In this document: piece after piece, positions 8,421 through 17,656 of the stretch
Layout of the letters: each line of letters opens with the position of its first letter
How positions within the stretch are numbered: the first letter of the stretch is position 1
Origin: Oscillospiraceae bacterium
GTDB taxonomy: Bacteria; Bacillota; Clostridia; Saccharofermentanales; Saccharofermentanaceae
DNA length: 61,497 nucleotides
Assembly (NCBI GenBank): GCA_902794115.1
Contig: CADBGD010000001.1
Span: forward strand, 1-61,497
Direction of reading: 5' to 3'
Translations under genes and position numbers: made by a program
The notes under the pieces: generated by a model
What the model saw: the letters and a program-made list of their open reading frames with translations, nothing else
Told to the model about the DNA's origin: nothing
Databases searched by the model: none

Positions 8421-9659
8421 ATGGCACGGAATTGTCCCGGTTGTGGCGGAACGATGGAATATGATCCGGGGTTTGACTCCCTGGTATGCCGTTCCTGTGG
8501 AAATATCATCGATCCGAAAACATTGCCGGATGCTGATGACTTTTATCTGAATAATGAAACTTCCGATGATACGAAGAATATCTCTGACACCCTTTCCGAG
8601 TTTGAGGAACTGACAGGCGAAATGTACGACTGTCACGTATATGCCTGCAGCCAGTGCGGCGGTGAAGTCCTCGTGTCAGGGACCGAGATCAGTACCCGGT
8701 GCATTTACTGTGGATCCACCGCAGTGGTCTTCTCCCGGATCACTAAAGAAAACCGTCCGGATAAGATCGTGCCGTTTTCCGTAACAAAGGAAGAAGCCAT
8801 CTCTGCAATCAAAGAGCGGATCTTTAAAGGCGCATTTCTTCCGGCCGGATTTAAAGATATCGATCCGGAGTGCGTCCGGGGGATCTACATTCCCTATTTT
8901 ACCTACGACGGAACGATTTCAGATACCCAGCATCACCAGTTCGGCATTTCGGAAGAGACTCATGTATTTGATGGAAGCGCCGAGTTTTCGGATCTTCTTG
9001 TTGAGTGCTGTAAGACATTAGATGACAAAGTCACCGCCCTTCTTGAACCTTATAACATTCATGCCGCCGTGGATTTTGACACTTCCTATCTCATGGGCTT
9101 TTATTCAAACAGCCAGGATGTCACTCCGCGTGGCGCCCGCGGAATCGCGGAAATGAAAGCCAGAGCCATCTTCAACTGTGAGATGCGCCGGCAATCGCCA
9201 AACAGAATCAGTAAGGTCGTATTGTCCACGCCGAAACTGGATCTTCACCGGACCTCTTATGTTCTTCTTCCTGCCTGGTTCGTCACGATCAATGCCAAGG
9301 GGATGCCTTATACGTTCCTCGTTAACGGGCAGACCGGAAAAGCAACCGGTACCGCACCATGGAGCAAACTAAAGGTATTCGGGACACTTGCCGTCATCTC
9401 ACTTGCCCTATGCGTGCTGATCTTTACTCTGCTTATTCAATTCGAGCTGCCGCATATCGAATCGCTTTCTTATAACGAGGCCGAGCGTGGTTCAATGGAT
9501 TTCGGTCCCCGGCTCATCGCCTTGTTCCTTGTAACAGCCGGCAGCATTTTGATGGCTCAAGCAGTACGCATGTTTAAGAGGCTTCTTGGCAATCTGAAGC
9601 GGACCGGATCTGTTGTTACACAGATATTCGCAAGAAAGAGGCAGGGAGGTGTACGATGA
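8421..9659 (+). CDS. Double zinc-ribbon protein with C-terminal transmembrane helices; function unknown
   Basis: Start at MARNCPGCGG (AAAGGGGGA RBS). Zinc-ribbon pairs are CPGC..CRSC and CSQC..CIYC. Two hydrophobic helices lie near the C-terminus. Confidence 0.75.
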   Translation: MARNCPGCGGTMEYDPGFDSLVCRSCGNIIDPKTLPDADDFYLNNETSDDTKNISDTLSEFEELTGEMYDCHVYACSQCGGEVLVSGTEISTRCIYCGSTAVVFSRITKENRPDKIVPFSVTKEEAISAIKERIFKGAFLPAGFKDIDPECVRGIYIPYFTYDGTISDTQHHQFGISEETHVFDGSAEFSDLLVECCKTLDDKVTALLEPYNIHAAVDFDTSYLMGFYSNSQDVTPRGARGIAEMKARAIFNCEMRRQSPNRISKVVLSTPKLDLHRTSYVLLPAWFVTINAKGMPYTFLVNGQTGKATGTAPWSKLKVFGTLAVISLALCVLIFTLLIQFELPHIESLSYNEAERGSMDFGPRLIALFLVTAGSILMAQAVRMFKRLLGNLKRTGSVVTQIFARKRQGGVR

Positions 9660-9985
9660 ATCAGGTGATCTATACTCTTCTTCGGGACGATGATTTCCGC
9701 GAAAGATGGCACAATGACATGCGGGAAATGTGGTGCAGGGATATTAAGGTCATGTCTATTTGCATCGCGATTCTCCTTTGTTTTCTGGCAGTAGCTGTTG
9801 TCGCATACATTCTGGCCAGGATCCTTTCAAAAAAGAATAACTACGGAGATGAAGACGTGATGGGTATCCGAAAAGGATTCGGCACCCACAAAACGATCGC
9901 CGCCTCCACAAGCGCGGATATATCTGTCGGAAGCCTATATTGCATGAAGCATTTCCAGGCCACGGAAATTTCCAAAGGAAAGTGA
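9656..9985 (+). CDS. Small single-pass membrane protein
   Basis: Its start overlaps the upstream stop by 4 nt (ATGA). TM helix ICIAILLCFLAVAVVAYILARIL. Confidence 0.5.
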   Translation: MNQVIYTLLRDDDFRERWHNDMREMWCRDIKVMSICIAILLCFLAVAVVAYILARILSKKNNYGDEDVMGIRKGFGTHKTIAASTSADISVGSLYCMKHFQATEISKGK

Positions 9986-9991
9986 TTTTCA

Positions 9992-10007
9992 GGCAGTTGC
10001 AACTGCC
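9992..10007. promoter_or_regulatory. Perfect 16-nt palindrome GGCAGTTGCAACTGCC, followed at once by TTGACA
   Basis: It sits 7 nt after the stop at 9985 and about 140 nt upstream of the XRE-membrane gene. No T-run follows, so an operator or stability hairpin is more likely than an intrinsic terminator. Confidence 0.3.
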
Positions 10008-10145
10008 GGTTGACACATTTCCAAGGCGGCTTGATAGCGGGCAATCAGGGCCTTTGCTATTCTTGAATCATCAAGCAGGTGCACAAGAGTCTTGAAGAAA
10101 AAAGCAAACTGAAACTGCTATAATGATGATTGTGAGGTAAGTAAA

Positions 10146-11132
10146 ATGATCCTGGCAGAAAAAATAATGGAAGAAAGAAAAAAGAACGGCTGGTCACAGG
10201 AGGATCTCGCAGATAAGCTCGGTGTCTCCAGGCAGTCTGTAAGTAAATGGGAAAGTGCCCAGTCGATCCCGGACCTGAACCGCATCCTTGAGATGAGCCG
10301 GCTCTTTAATGTAAGTACAGATTACCTTCTGAAGGATGAGCAGGACCGCCCGGCCGGCCCGGCATCTGAAGATTCAGGAAAAGAACTACGGAAAGTTTCC
10401 ATGGAGGAGGCCAGTACCTTTCTGAAAGAAAACGATTCCTTCGCAAAAAAGATCGCCACCGGCAGCATGATCTGCACCCTCTGCCCGATTCCGCTTATGG
10501 CCGTCATGGCCCTTCAGAAAGCAGGCACGATTCCCCTCGCTGAAGACCCGGCCGGTGCCATCGGCATCATCCTTCTTCTCATCATGGTCGCCATATCCCT
10601 GATTTTCTTTATCCCGGCTGCCATGAGCCACGATAAGTGGGAGTATCTGGAAAAAGAAGCCTTTGACGCAGAATACGGTGTAGAAGGCATGGTGAAAGCA
10701 AAATCAGAAAAGTTCCAGCCCCGGTTTATCCGGTCGATCACAAGCGGAACGGTCTCGATCCTGATCGGTGTGTGCGCACTCTTATCCGGCGCCGCCATCG
10801 ATGAAAACAACGAACCGCTCCTCATGGGCCTTACCTGCGTGATGTTTGCTTTTATAGCGATAGGTGCTTTTCTGATCGTCCGCGCCGGCATCACCAAGGA
10901 TGGCTACAGCATGCTCCTTCAGGAGGGCGATTACAGTAAAGAAGAGAAAAGTAACACTGTTCTAAAGGCCGTCACTCCGGCCTATTGGATGGTTATCACG
11001 GCCATTTACCTGACTATCAGTTTTTTGACCAACAGATGGGATATCACCTGGCTCGTCTGGGCGGTAGCCGGCATTCTCTACGGAGGACTGAGCGTGATCC
11101 TTCGGGCCATGCATAAGAGCAAGCTGGGGTAA
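10146..11132 (+). CDS. XRE-family HTH domain fused to a polytopic membrane domain
   Basis: GAGG RBS. N-terminus [35 protein letters not shown], then about 6 predicted TM helices. Confidence 0.85.
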   Translation: MILAEKIMEERKKNGWSQEDLADKLGVSRQSVSKWESAQSIPDLNRILEMSRLFNVSTDYLLKDEQDRPAGPASEDSGKELRKVSMEEASTFLKENDSFAKKIATGSMICTLCPIPLMAVMALQKAGTIPLAEDPAGAIGIILLLIMVAISLIFFIPAAMSHDKWEYLEKEAFDAEYGVEGMVKAKSEKFQPRFIRSITSGTVSILIGVCALLSGAAIDENNEPLLMGLTCVMFAFIAIGAFLIVRAGITKDGYSMLLQEGDYSKEEKSNTVLKAVTPAYWMVITAIYLTISFLTNRWDITWLVWAVAGILYGGLSVILRAMHKSKLG

Positions 11133-11156
11133 AAGAGCAGCTATTTCAAAAAGAAG

Positions 11157-12161
11157 TCATCCTTTTTCGGATATCGACTCTTCTTCTTTAACGATTTCAC
11201 GAAGGATCTTTTCCTTTTCTTTCTGGAGGGAAAAGATCCTTTCCAGCGTCTCATCCATATAAGATTTCTTCTGTGAAACCACTCTGTCTCCGGCGCCTTT
11301 TCTTCTTTTTTCCTTTGTCTTTTTTACCAATGCTTCAACAAACCAGAAAAGAAATATGACGACATATAAGAACGCGGCGATACGGAGCAAAGTGAAAAAA
11401 GTCTCCGCGTTCCGAGGTAATATCGGCTTTGTCGTCCCGCGCCTACCACGCCCGATGAAAAACATGATTACAAAAATAATCGGAACAAGTAGTAACTGGT
11501 AGCGGGAAGAATGGTCCTTTTCCGGTTTCTTTTCCAAAAGAATGGCATCGATCTTCTTCTGCTTCTTCACAGTCTGCTCGGTTCTTTTTATGTCCTCCCG
11601 GCTCCGGTACAGTTCCTCTTCCGCATGAAGGATCCGGCGTACAGTTTCACAATAGGCACGGATATTCTGCGGGATCCTGCTTTTCGGGCACGTTTCCTGG
11701 AACGTTTGAAGGCTGGGATGCAAGGATACCCTGTCCAGATATTCTTCGCTCTTCATTTTCTCTGCCGAAACCAGGACCTCTTCCACGCTGTCGCATTCAA
11801 ATGCACCGGCAAAGAAGCGGAGTATTCCTTTGGGATCATTTCCGGAAACCGGGTGCATTTGCCGTAGATTCTCATCCGGTTCCTTGCTCTTTTCCTTCAC
11901 CGGGGCGATGATCGCGCTCATATAGGCAGGTTTCGAAGCCTGTTCCTTCGTCGGTTCTTCGCTCGATGGCTCTTCCTGAACCGGATCCTCTGTTATCTCC
12001 GTCAAAGGCTCATCCGAGGACTTCTCCGAGGAAGAAGGAGCGAAAGATGGCTTTTTTACTGCAGACTCCGACCGGCCGCACTCTGAACATACAAAGCAGC
12101 TGGTAAAAAGGTCATATTCCATTTTCTTCCCGCAGGCGGGACACATCCTAGAAGAACCCAT
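11157..12161 (-). CDS. N-terminal zinc-ribbon protein with an acidic/Ser-rich linker, two TM helices and a charged coiled C-terminus
   Basis: GAGGTG RBS. CPACGKKMEY...CSECG. TM helices LLLVPIIFVIMFFIG and LLRIAAFLYVVIFLFWFV. Confidence 0.7.
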   Translation of the reverse strand: MGSSRMCPACGKKMEYDLFTSCFVCSECGRSESAVKKPSFAPSSSEKSSDEPLTEITEDPVQEEPSSEEPTKEQASKPAYMSAIIAPVKEKSKEPDENLRQMHPVSGNDPKGILRFFAGAFECDSVEEVLVSAEKMKSEEYLDRVSLHPSLQTFQETCPKSRIPQNIRAYCETVRRILHAEEELYRSREDIKRTEQTVKKQKKIDAILLEKKPEKDHSSRYQLLLVPIIFVIMFFIGRGRRGTTKPILPRNAETFFTLLRIAAFLYVVIFLFWFVEALVKKTKEKRRKGAGDRVVSQKKSYMDETLERIFSLQKEKEKILREIVKEEESISEKG

Positions 12162-12224
12162 GCTTCACCTCATACACTGCTTCTATTGTAACATGAGAAA
12201 GAAGTATCTTATTTTGCGAAAAAT

Positions 12225-12256
12225 ACAGTATACTGTCCGAAGCAATTGAATATAAT
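12225..12256 (+). promoter_or_regulatory. 12-nt perfect palindrome ACAGTATACTGT lying over the -35 position of a TATAAT box (12251-12256)
   Basis: It lies in the divergent intergenic region between two zinc-ribbon genes. The TATAAT is about 65 nt upstream of the 12322 start. Confidence 0.3.
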
Positions 12257-12321
12257 ATATCTATAAATCATGACAATAAACCACGATGATAGAAGATCAT
12301 CTTGTCCAAAAGGAGAAAGAC

Positions 12322-13008
12322 ATGTTCAATAATTTGTTACGTGAAATATCCAGTGCGTTTTACCAGGAGCAGTTTTCGGGTATCAACAGTCTGAGACATG
12401 ACCAGTATCTGGCCACGCTGACCGGCAATAATGAGGTCCGGCGCTCCTCCGGCTCCAGAGATGATGCCGTAGCGAAGTCTTCTCTTCCTAAAGTTAAGGA
12501 TCCCTCCTATATCGAGCTCTGCCGCATAGCCCTTTGTTATTTCATCGCCAAGGCGGACGGTGTTTCACAGGAGGAGCAGGCAAAGATCGATGCCATGTGT
12601 GAGCAGTTTCTTTCCAATCCGCAGTCCAGTTCAGACTTCCGTGCCGAACTTAGGATGATCCTGGCAGATAAGGGAACCAGTTTTTCCAATCTGCGAAGAT
12701 ATTTAAACCGGATCGAGACCTCAGAAATCAAGCGTTTTATGGACGATGTACGGAATATCGCGGAGACATCGGATGGGATTACGGAAAAAGAAAAGACCGC
12801 CATCCTCGTCTTCATGGATTATCTGGATGAAAGAAAGGACGAGGATGGAGATGATGCTCTCGAGAGGCTGACCGGTAAGCCAAGTGTGATCTCGCTGAAG
12901 TGTGAAAGCTGCGGCTCGAACCTGAATGTTACCGCCGATAAGCAGATCGCCTCCTGCCCGTACTGTGGCTCCAGCCATCTCATTGTCAGTCATGGAGGCG
13001 TCCTTTAA
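12322..13008 (+). CDS. TerB-like domain protein with a C-terminal zinc ribbon
   Basis: Internal start chosen (AAAGGAGAAAGAC then ATG). Two TerB-like helices are present (IAKADGVSQEEQAKID and IAETSDGITEKEKTAI). C-terminal motif CESCGS...CPYCGS. Confidence 0.7.
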   Translation: MFNNLLREISSAFYQEQFSGINSLRHDQYLATLTGNNEVRRSSGSRDDAVAKSSLPKVKDPSYIELCRIALCYFIAKADGVSQEEQAKIDAMCEQFLSNPQSSSDFRAELRMILADKGTSFSNLRRYLNRIETSEIKRFMDDVRNIAETSDGITEKEKTAILVFMDYLDERKDEDGDDALERLTGKPSVISLKCESCGSNLNVTADKQIASCPYCGSSHLIVSHGGVL

Positions 13009-13072
13009 AAAGGAGACACTTTCGCTTCAGCGGCTAAGGAATATGTAGCCTCAGCGTTTTCAATTATAGATT

Positions 13073-13741
13073 TCAGGAAATTTCCCAGACCACCGTCACG
13101 GTATCTTCCACTTCGATATCCTCCGGCTGGATGTTCAGATCGTAACTGCCCATGATCTTACTTGCCCGGGTCATGCCGGAAGAAAGCATCGCAGGCATCG
13201 GCCGGACTTCCAGATCGACCTCGCCCCAGGAGTAGTTGATATTCTGGATCTCTTTAAGAGAGACACCGGCGGCCCGGGTCAGTACTTCGGCTTTTTCTTT
13301 CGCATCTTTCACGGCCTCTCCGAGAAGGGCATTCTTTGCCGCCTCCTGATCCTTGACCGTATAGCTGATCCGAAGCTCCGGCTTGAGGTCACTTTGCCCC
13401 AGAGAGAAAAGGAGCTTTCCCAGCCGCTCGTTATCCAGGTCAAATTCCAGCTTCAACGCATGTCTAAACCGGTAACCAGTAAGGCGCTGCTTATAGACAC
13501 CTTCTTCCTCGTAGGATTCATACTCGGTATCCACATGAAAGGCACTGGTCTTCAGATCTTCCGTTTCAAAACCGAATTCACTGATCAGATCTGAAATTTT
13601 CTTTGTATCCTCGGAGGAATGCCGGAGCGTCTCGCCATACTCTTTGAAAACGCCTTCCAGCGTGATCTGAAGCCGCATCCGGTCCGGCTTTACACTGATT
13701 TTTCCTTTTCCTGTTACCTGAATCGTTCTCATCTCCGTCAC
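13073..13741 (-). CDS. SIMPL/DUF541-family protein
   Basis: N-terminal IQVTGKGKISVKPDRMRLQITLEG and the overall length and pattern are typical of SIMPL-domain proteins. Confidence 0.75.
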   Translation of the reverse strand: MTEMRTIQVTGKGKISVKPDRMRLQITLEGVFKEYGETLRHSSEDTKKISDLISEFGFETEDLKTSAFHVDTEYESYEEEGVYKQRLTGYRFRHALKLEFDLDNERLGKLLFSLGQSDLKPELRISYTVKDQEAAKNALLGEAVKDAKEKAEVLTRAAGVSLKEIQNINYSWGEVDLEVRPMPAMLSSGMTRASKIMGSYDLNIQPEDIEVEDTVTVVWEIS

Positions 13742-13768
13742 TTTCCTCCTTCATTTTTTTCTTTGAAA

Positions 13769-14923
13769 TCACCAGATCCGGTAGTTTCCGGACAGGGCTA
13801 AGATCGCAAACATGCTCAGACAGTTGTCATAGTATCTGCGGTCACCTTTCCGCAAAGGCTCATTCCAGAACCATTCGACCCATTTTTTTGCCACGGCAAA
13901 TGCACTGTCGCTTTCATCGCTATAGGGTATGGCCAGCGCACTCTGCGCCAATGTAGCCAGAAGCCCCAGAGGGTGAAGCACCGGCCGCATAAGAGGGGTA
14001 CCGTCCACCTCATAGGCACAGCGTACCGCCTCCAGATCCGTTCTGAAGAACTGCATCATGCGAAGCGGCACCGCATAGTGACCCGCATCTTTTCCATACC
14101 ATTCGGCATCCAGTCCGATGTTGGCCGCCGTACGGTAGGCATCGCTGAAGAAGTCACCGAATTCCCCCCAAGGAAGTTTTTCTTTCATCGGAGAGCCGTC
14201 AAAATAACTGTACTCGGCATTGAGTCCCGTCTTTGGATGGCAGGCGGTAACCAGGAATTCCCGGCTGGCTTTTGCCGCTTCCCGGAAAAACGGACGGTCT
14301 TCTTCGTCGGCCCACAGTGCGAAAAGCTCATAGAAATGCGGCAGATGGTACGAAGGATCCGTGAACGGACAGCCCGGCACAAAGAGGAACAGGTGATTGT
14401 CATGGTTCCACATCGGCGCGCCGGCTCTTCCGTTTTCACCCTTATGAAGACATGCCCGAAGGATCGTTTTGGCCTGCTCGCTATAAGCAAAGATCCCTTC
14501 TCCGTCGCCCCACCGGTGGGATGCAAAGAATAAAGACATGGCGAAAAACTCTTCTCCATCCGGGGCCGGTCCGGTGGCATTCTTCGTACCATCCGGTTTA
14601 CAGGACCAGGCAAAATAGCCCTCGTTTTCGCCGTCTTCCATATACATGTAGGTCCGGGCCCATTTCCAGATCCGGTCAAAAATATCTTTTCTGTCCAGCT
14701 GGACGGCCATCATCATGCCGTAGGACATACCTTCCGTTCTCGCATCATTATTTCCGGTATCCAGAAGATAGCCCATATCTTCTCCGGCTTCGTGGTAGAT
14801 CCGTTCTTCCTCATCAAAGAAGAATGTCTGTACTGCCTCATTGATCTTTCTTTCGATTTCTTCTTGTGTCTTTCCGATCTCCGAAAAAACATTCCGATAC
14901 ATTTTCTTTTCTGAAATACTCAT
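13769..14923 (-). CDS. Glycoside hydrolase family 8, reducing-end xylose-releasing exo-oligoxylanase (Rex)-like
   Basis: Long collinear matches to Rex enzymes as I recall them: GYLLDTGNNDARTEGMSYGMMMAVQLDRKDIFDRIW, GYFAWSCKPDGTKNATGPAPDGEEFFA, DPSYHLPHFYELF, RRYYDNCLSMFAILALSGNYRIW. No signal peptide. Confidence 0.88.
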   Translation of the reverse strand: MSISEKKMYRNVFSEIGKTQEEIERKINEAVQTFFFDEEERIYHEAGEDMGYLLDTGNNDARTEGMSYGMMMAVQLDRKDIFDRIWKWARTYMYMEDGENEGYFAWSCKPDGTKNATGPAPDGEEFFAMSLFFASHRWGDGEGIFAYSEQAKTILRACLHKGENGRAGAPMWNHDNHLFLFVPGCPFTDPSYHLPHFYELFALWADEEDRPFFREAAKASREFLVTACHPKTGLNAEYSYFDGSPMKEKLPWGEFGDFFSDAYRTAANIGLDAEWYGKDAGHYAVPLRMMQFFRTDLEAVRCAYEVDGTPLMRPVLHPLGLLATLAQSALAIPYSDESDSAFAVAKKWVEWFWNEPLRKGDRRYYDNCLSMFAILALSGNYRIW

Positions 14924-15153
14924 CTTTTACCCCTGACTTGACTGGTTCATTTCTCTTTCCTTTGGATGTCCCGTGAAAAGGATCATCGTATACAGATCAT
15001 TATACCATCCCGCCTTTGACGTGACGAAAGAGTCACGTTTCTCTTATCCATAAGAGGTACACTTATCTGGGGATATATGTTGAATATTGGCAAAGCATAT
15101 GACTATGGAGTAAGCATTTGTGTTTTATGTGAAACAGGAGGGTCGATCTGAAT

Positions 15154-17505
15154 ATGCGCACACAACGGACTTCACCCTTGCTCCGCCGCTTTGTGGCAGG
15201 AACTTTGATCCTATCCACTCTTTTTTCTTTTACGGGATGCCGGAAAACAAAGACCGGATCATCTGAGGAGAATCAGTACTATTCCGGAAAAGAGGTCCGG
15301 GAAAGTGATCCCTATTTCCGGGCCGAAAGTTTTTCTTTGGAACTTCCGAAAGACCCGGAACGTGAAGTGGACGGCGATTATATATTTGAATGCAAATATC
15401 TAAACGGTCTCATCCTGGCCAGCTATGTAATACGATATATCGAGCAGGATGAGCAAAATCCGGATGTTGATCTGATTTATGAAGAGACCGGAATCGGACT
15501 TTTCGATGAACAGGGGCACTATATCCGGGAACTCCCCCTCTCCTCACACATCATTCTGGGAATGGATGCGGATAAAGACGGAAATCTGCACATTCTTTCC
15601 TATACCGGTTCGATTGAAGGCGGAGCATCGTCGATCAGCAGATTCAATAAGGACGGGGAGCTCCTGGGGCAAGTAAACGTACCCGAGATCCCCTATTCGA
15701 ATTCCGTAGGCAACGATGTGGAATTCTCTGTACTGGAAGATGGCCGGTACCTGATCAACGGAACCGAGATGGGCATTTTCGGACAGAATGGAGAAAAGAT
15801 CTTCACCGTATCGGATATGGGCCGTTATGTGCAAGGGCCTCTTCTCTTTCAGGATGGAAAGTACTATATCCGGTCTTTCCGGCTGGATGGTGCATTCAAG
15901 GAAATGCAGATCAAAGAAATCGACCTCAATACAGGAAAACTGGGACAAGGAACCGATGCCGGTTTCCTTGACGGATACAGGAATCTGTACCCGACTCCGG
16001 ATGGGCTTTTTGCCTTGTCCTCCAATGGTCTTTGTACCCTTGATATAAAGACCGGGAAAGCCACTGCCTTCTTTAACTGGAACGATACGGATATCAACCG
16101 GAGCGATCTTCTCGAATCCACTACCTACGTAAAAAATGAGAATGAACTTCTCGTATTCTCAAGAAGTTTTACAGATTCGAATTATAACATGAAAATGATC
16201 CACCTGACCCGTGCCGAAAAGAATCCGCATGCAGGAAAAAAGATGATCCTTCTGAAAGGTGAGAACATGCAGTTCGAATTTGATTTTCTATCTTTCGTGA
16301 ACAAGTATAATCTGGACCCGTCGTCAAAAGCACGCGTCATTCTGGTCGATAATGGAATACTCCAGACATCCGATGAGGACCCGGTCAAATCCCAGCAGCT
16401 CCAGTATCTGGAACTCTTATCCGGAACCGGCGCAGACATCCTGTTCGGTTATGCAAACCAGAATCTATATCAAAACCCGCAGCTCATGCTGGATCTGAAT
16501 CCGTTTATCGATGGTCCGAATGGTCTTTCCCGGGATGACTATTTCGATAACATTCTCCGTTCGATGGAAAGAGGAGGCAAACTTTATCACTTACCTTCTC
16601 GTATCAACCTCAACGGATTTCAGATCAACACCGACTATATCCACCAGAAAAAGGGATGGACCTATTCCGAGTTTGAAGCCTGTAAAAAAGAGATCCCGGA
16701 TGATGTCACCTTCCTGGAAGGCATCCAGCAGACTGTCTTTCTGACTTATCTTCTTGCCATCCAGTATGACTTCATCAACTATGAAAGCAAAACCGTAAAC
16801 TTTGAAAATGAAACAATGAAGAGGATCCTGCGTCTCTCAAAAGAATACGGAGTAAGGGTAAGACCCGAAGATGAAGGAGATGTCATTGAATACGATGGTG
16901 GCGGAACTCTCGTACTGAGAGAGGATCGGACCACCGAAAAGTTTAATTCCGGGCTTCTGGCTGCCCGCTTGGCATACATCGGTTCACTTGATCAGCTATG
17001 TACAAATAAAAATGTACTCAAGGAAAAGTCCTCCTATCTGGGATATCCTTCCCCGAACGGAACCGGCATGGTTGCCGCTCCGCAGAATTCATTGGGTATC
17101 TGTGCTTCCAGTCAATATGCTGATCTGGCCTGGGATTTTATCCGTGCCTACCTCACTTCAGACTACACTGCACAAGCTAGTTTCTTTGGCGTTCCCGTCA
17201 GTAAAGCTGTATTTGAAAGCGAATGCCGGAAGATTCTGAAAAACCGGAACGAGGAATATGAAAAGGCCGTCCGGGAGCATACCAGTGCCGAAGACCTGAA
17301 CACTTTCTTCTGTCGGCCGACGGAAGCGGACATCGACGAACTCCGTGAGATGATGGAAGGCGTGACAACATGCACATGTTATGACCTGAATATCCTGAGC
17401 ATCGTTATCGAAGAGGCAGGAGGTTACTTTGCCGGAGACCGGACAGAAGAGGATGTGCTGAAAATGATCCAGGACCGTGTCTCCACAGTAGTAAAGGAGT
17501 TGTAA
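15154..17505 (+). CDS. Large lipoprotein: an N-terminal beta-rich region fused to an LplA/LipO-type extracellular solute-binding domain
   Basis: Lipobox LFSFTGC. The C-terminal ~430 aa resembles large family-1 SBPs (final motif IVIEEAGGYFAGDRTEEDVLKMIQDRVSTV). No permease or ATPase genes are adjacent. Confidence 0.7.
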   Translation: MRTQRTSPLLRRFVAGTLILSTLFSFTGCRKTKTGSSEENQYYSGKEVRESDPYFRAESFSLELPKDPEREVDGDYIFECKYLNGLILASYVIRYIEQDEQNPDVDLIYEETGIGLFDEQGHYIRELPLSSHIILGMDADKDGNLHILSYTGSIEGGASSISRFNKDGELLGQVNVPEIPYSNSVGNDVEFSVLEDGRYLINGTEMGIFGQNGEKIFTVSDMGRYVQGPLLFQDGKYYIRSFRLDGAFKEMQIKEIDLNTGKLGQGTDAGFLDGYRNLYPTPDGLFALSSNGLCTLDIKTGKATAFFNWNDTDINRSDLLESTTYVKNENELLVFSRSFTDSNYNMKMIHLTRAEKNPHAGKKMILLKGENMQFEFDFLSFVNKYNLDPSSKARVILVDNGILQTSDEDPVKSQQLQYLELLSGTGADILFGYANQNLYQNPQLMLDLNPFIDGPNGLSRDDYFDNILRSMERGGKLYHLPSRINLNGFQINTDYIHQKKGWTYSEFEACKKEIPDDVTFLEGIQQTVFLTYLLAIQYDFINYESKTVNFENETMKRILRLSKEYGVRVRPEDEGDVIEYDGGGTLVLREDRTTEKFNSGLLAARLAYIGSLDQLCTNKNVLKEKSSYLGYPSPNGTGMVAAPQNSLGICASSQYADLAWDFIRAYLTSDYTAQASFFGVPVSKAVFESECRKILKNRNEEYEKAVREHTSAEDLNTFFCRPTEADIDELREMMEGVTTCTCYDLNILSIVIEEAGGYFAGDRTEEDVLKMIQDRVSTVVKEL

Positions 17506-17656
17506 GAAACCAGGGGCTGTCGGAAAACCGCACTTCTTTCGGAGCGGATCTTTTCGGATCAAGCCCGGTTCCGGGATATAAGCAAAAAATTTTGCTTTTT
17601 TTCGAAACAAAGTGTACTATCGTATAAAAAATTGGGAAAAGATATGAGGTACATTT

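Noticed and set aside
17581-17602. AGCAAAAAATTTTGCT followed by a T-run after the SBP lipoprotein gene, as a terminator
   Set aside because: The palindrome leaves only a 2-nt loop, so the usable stem is 5-6 A-T-rich pairs. It is plausible but too weak to list as a feature.
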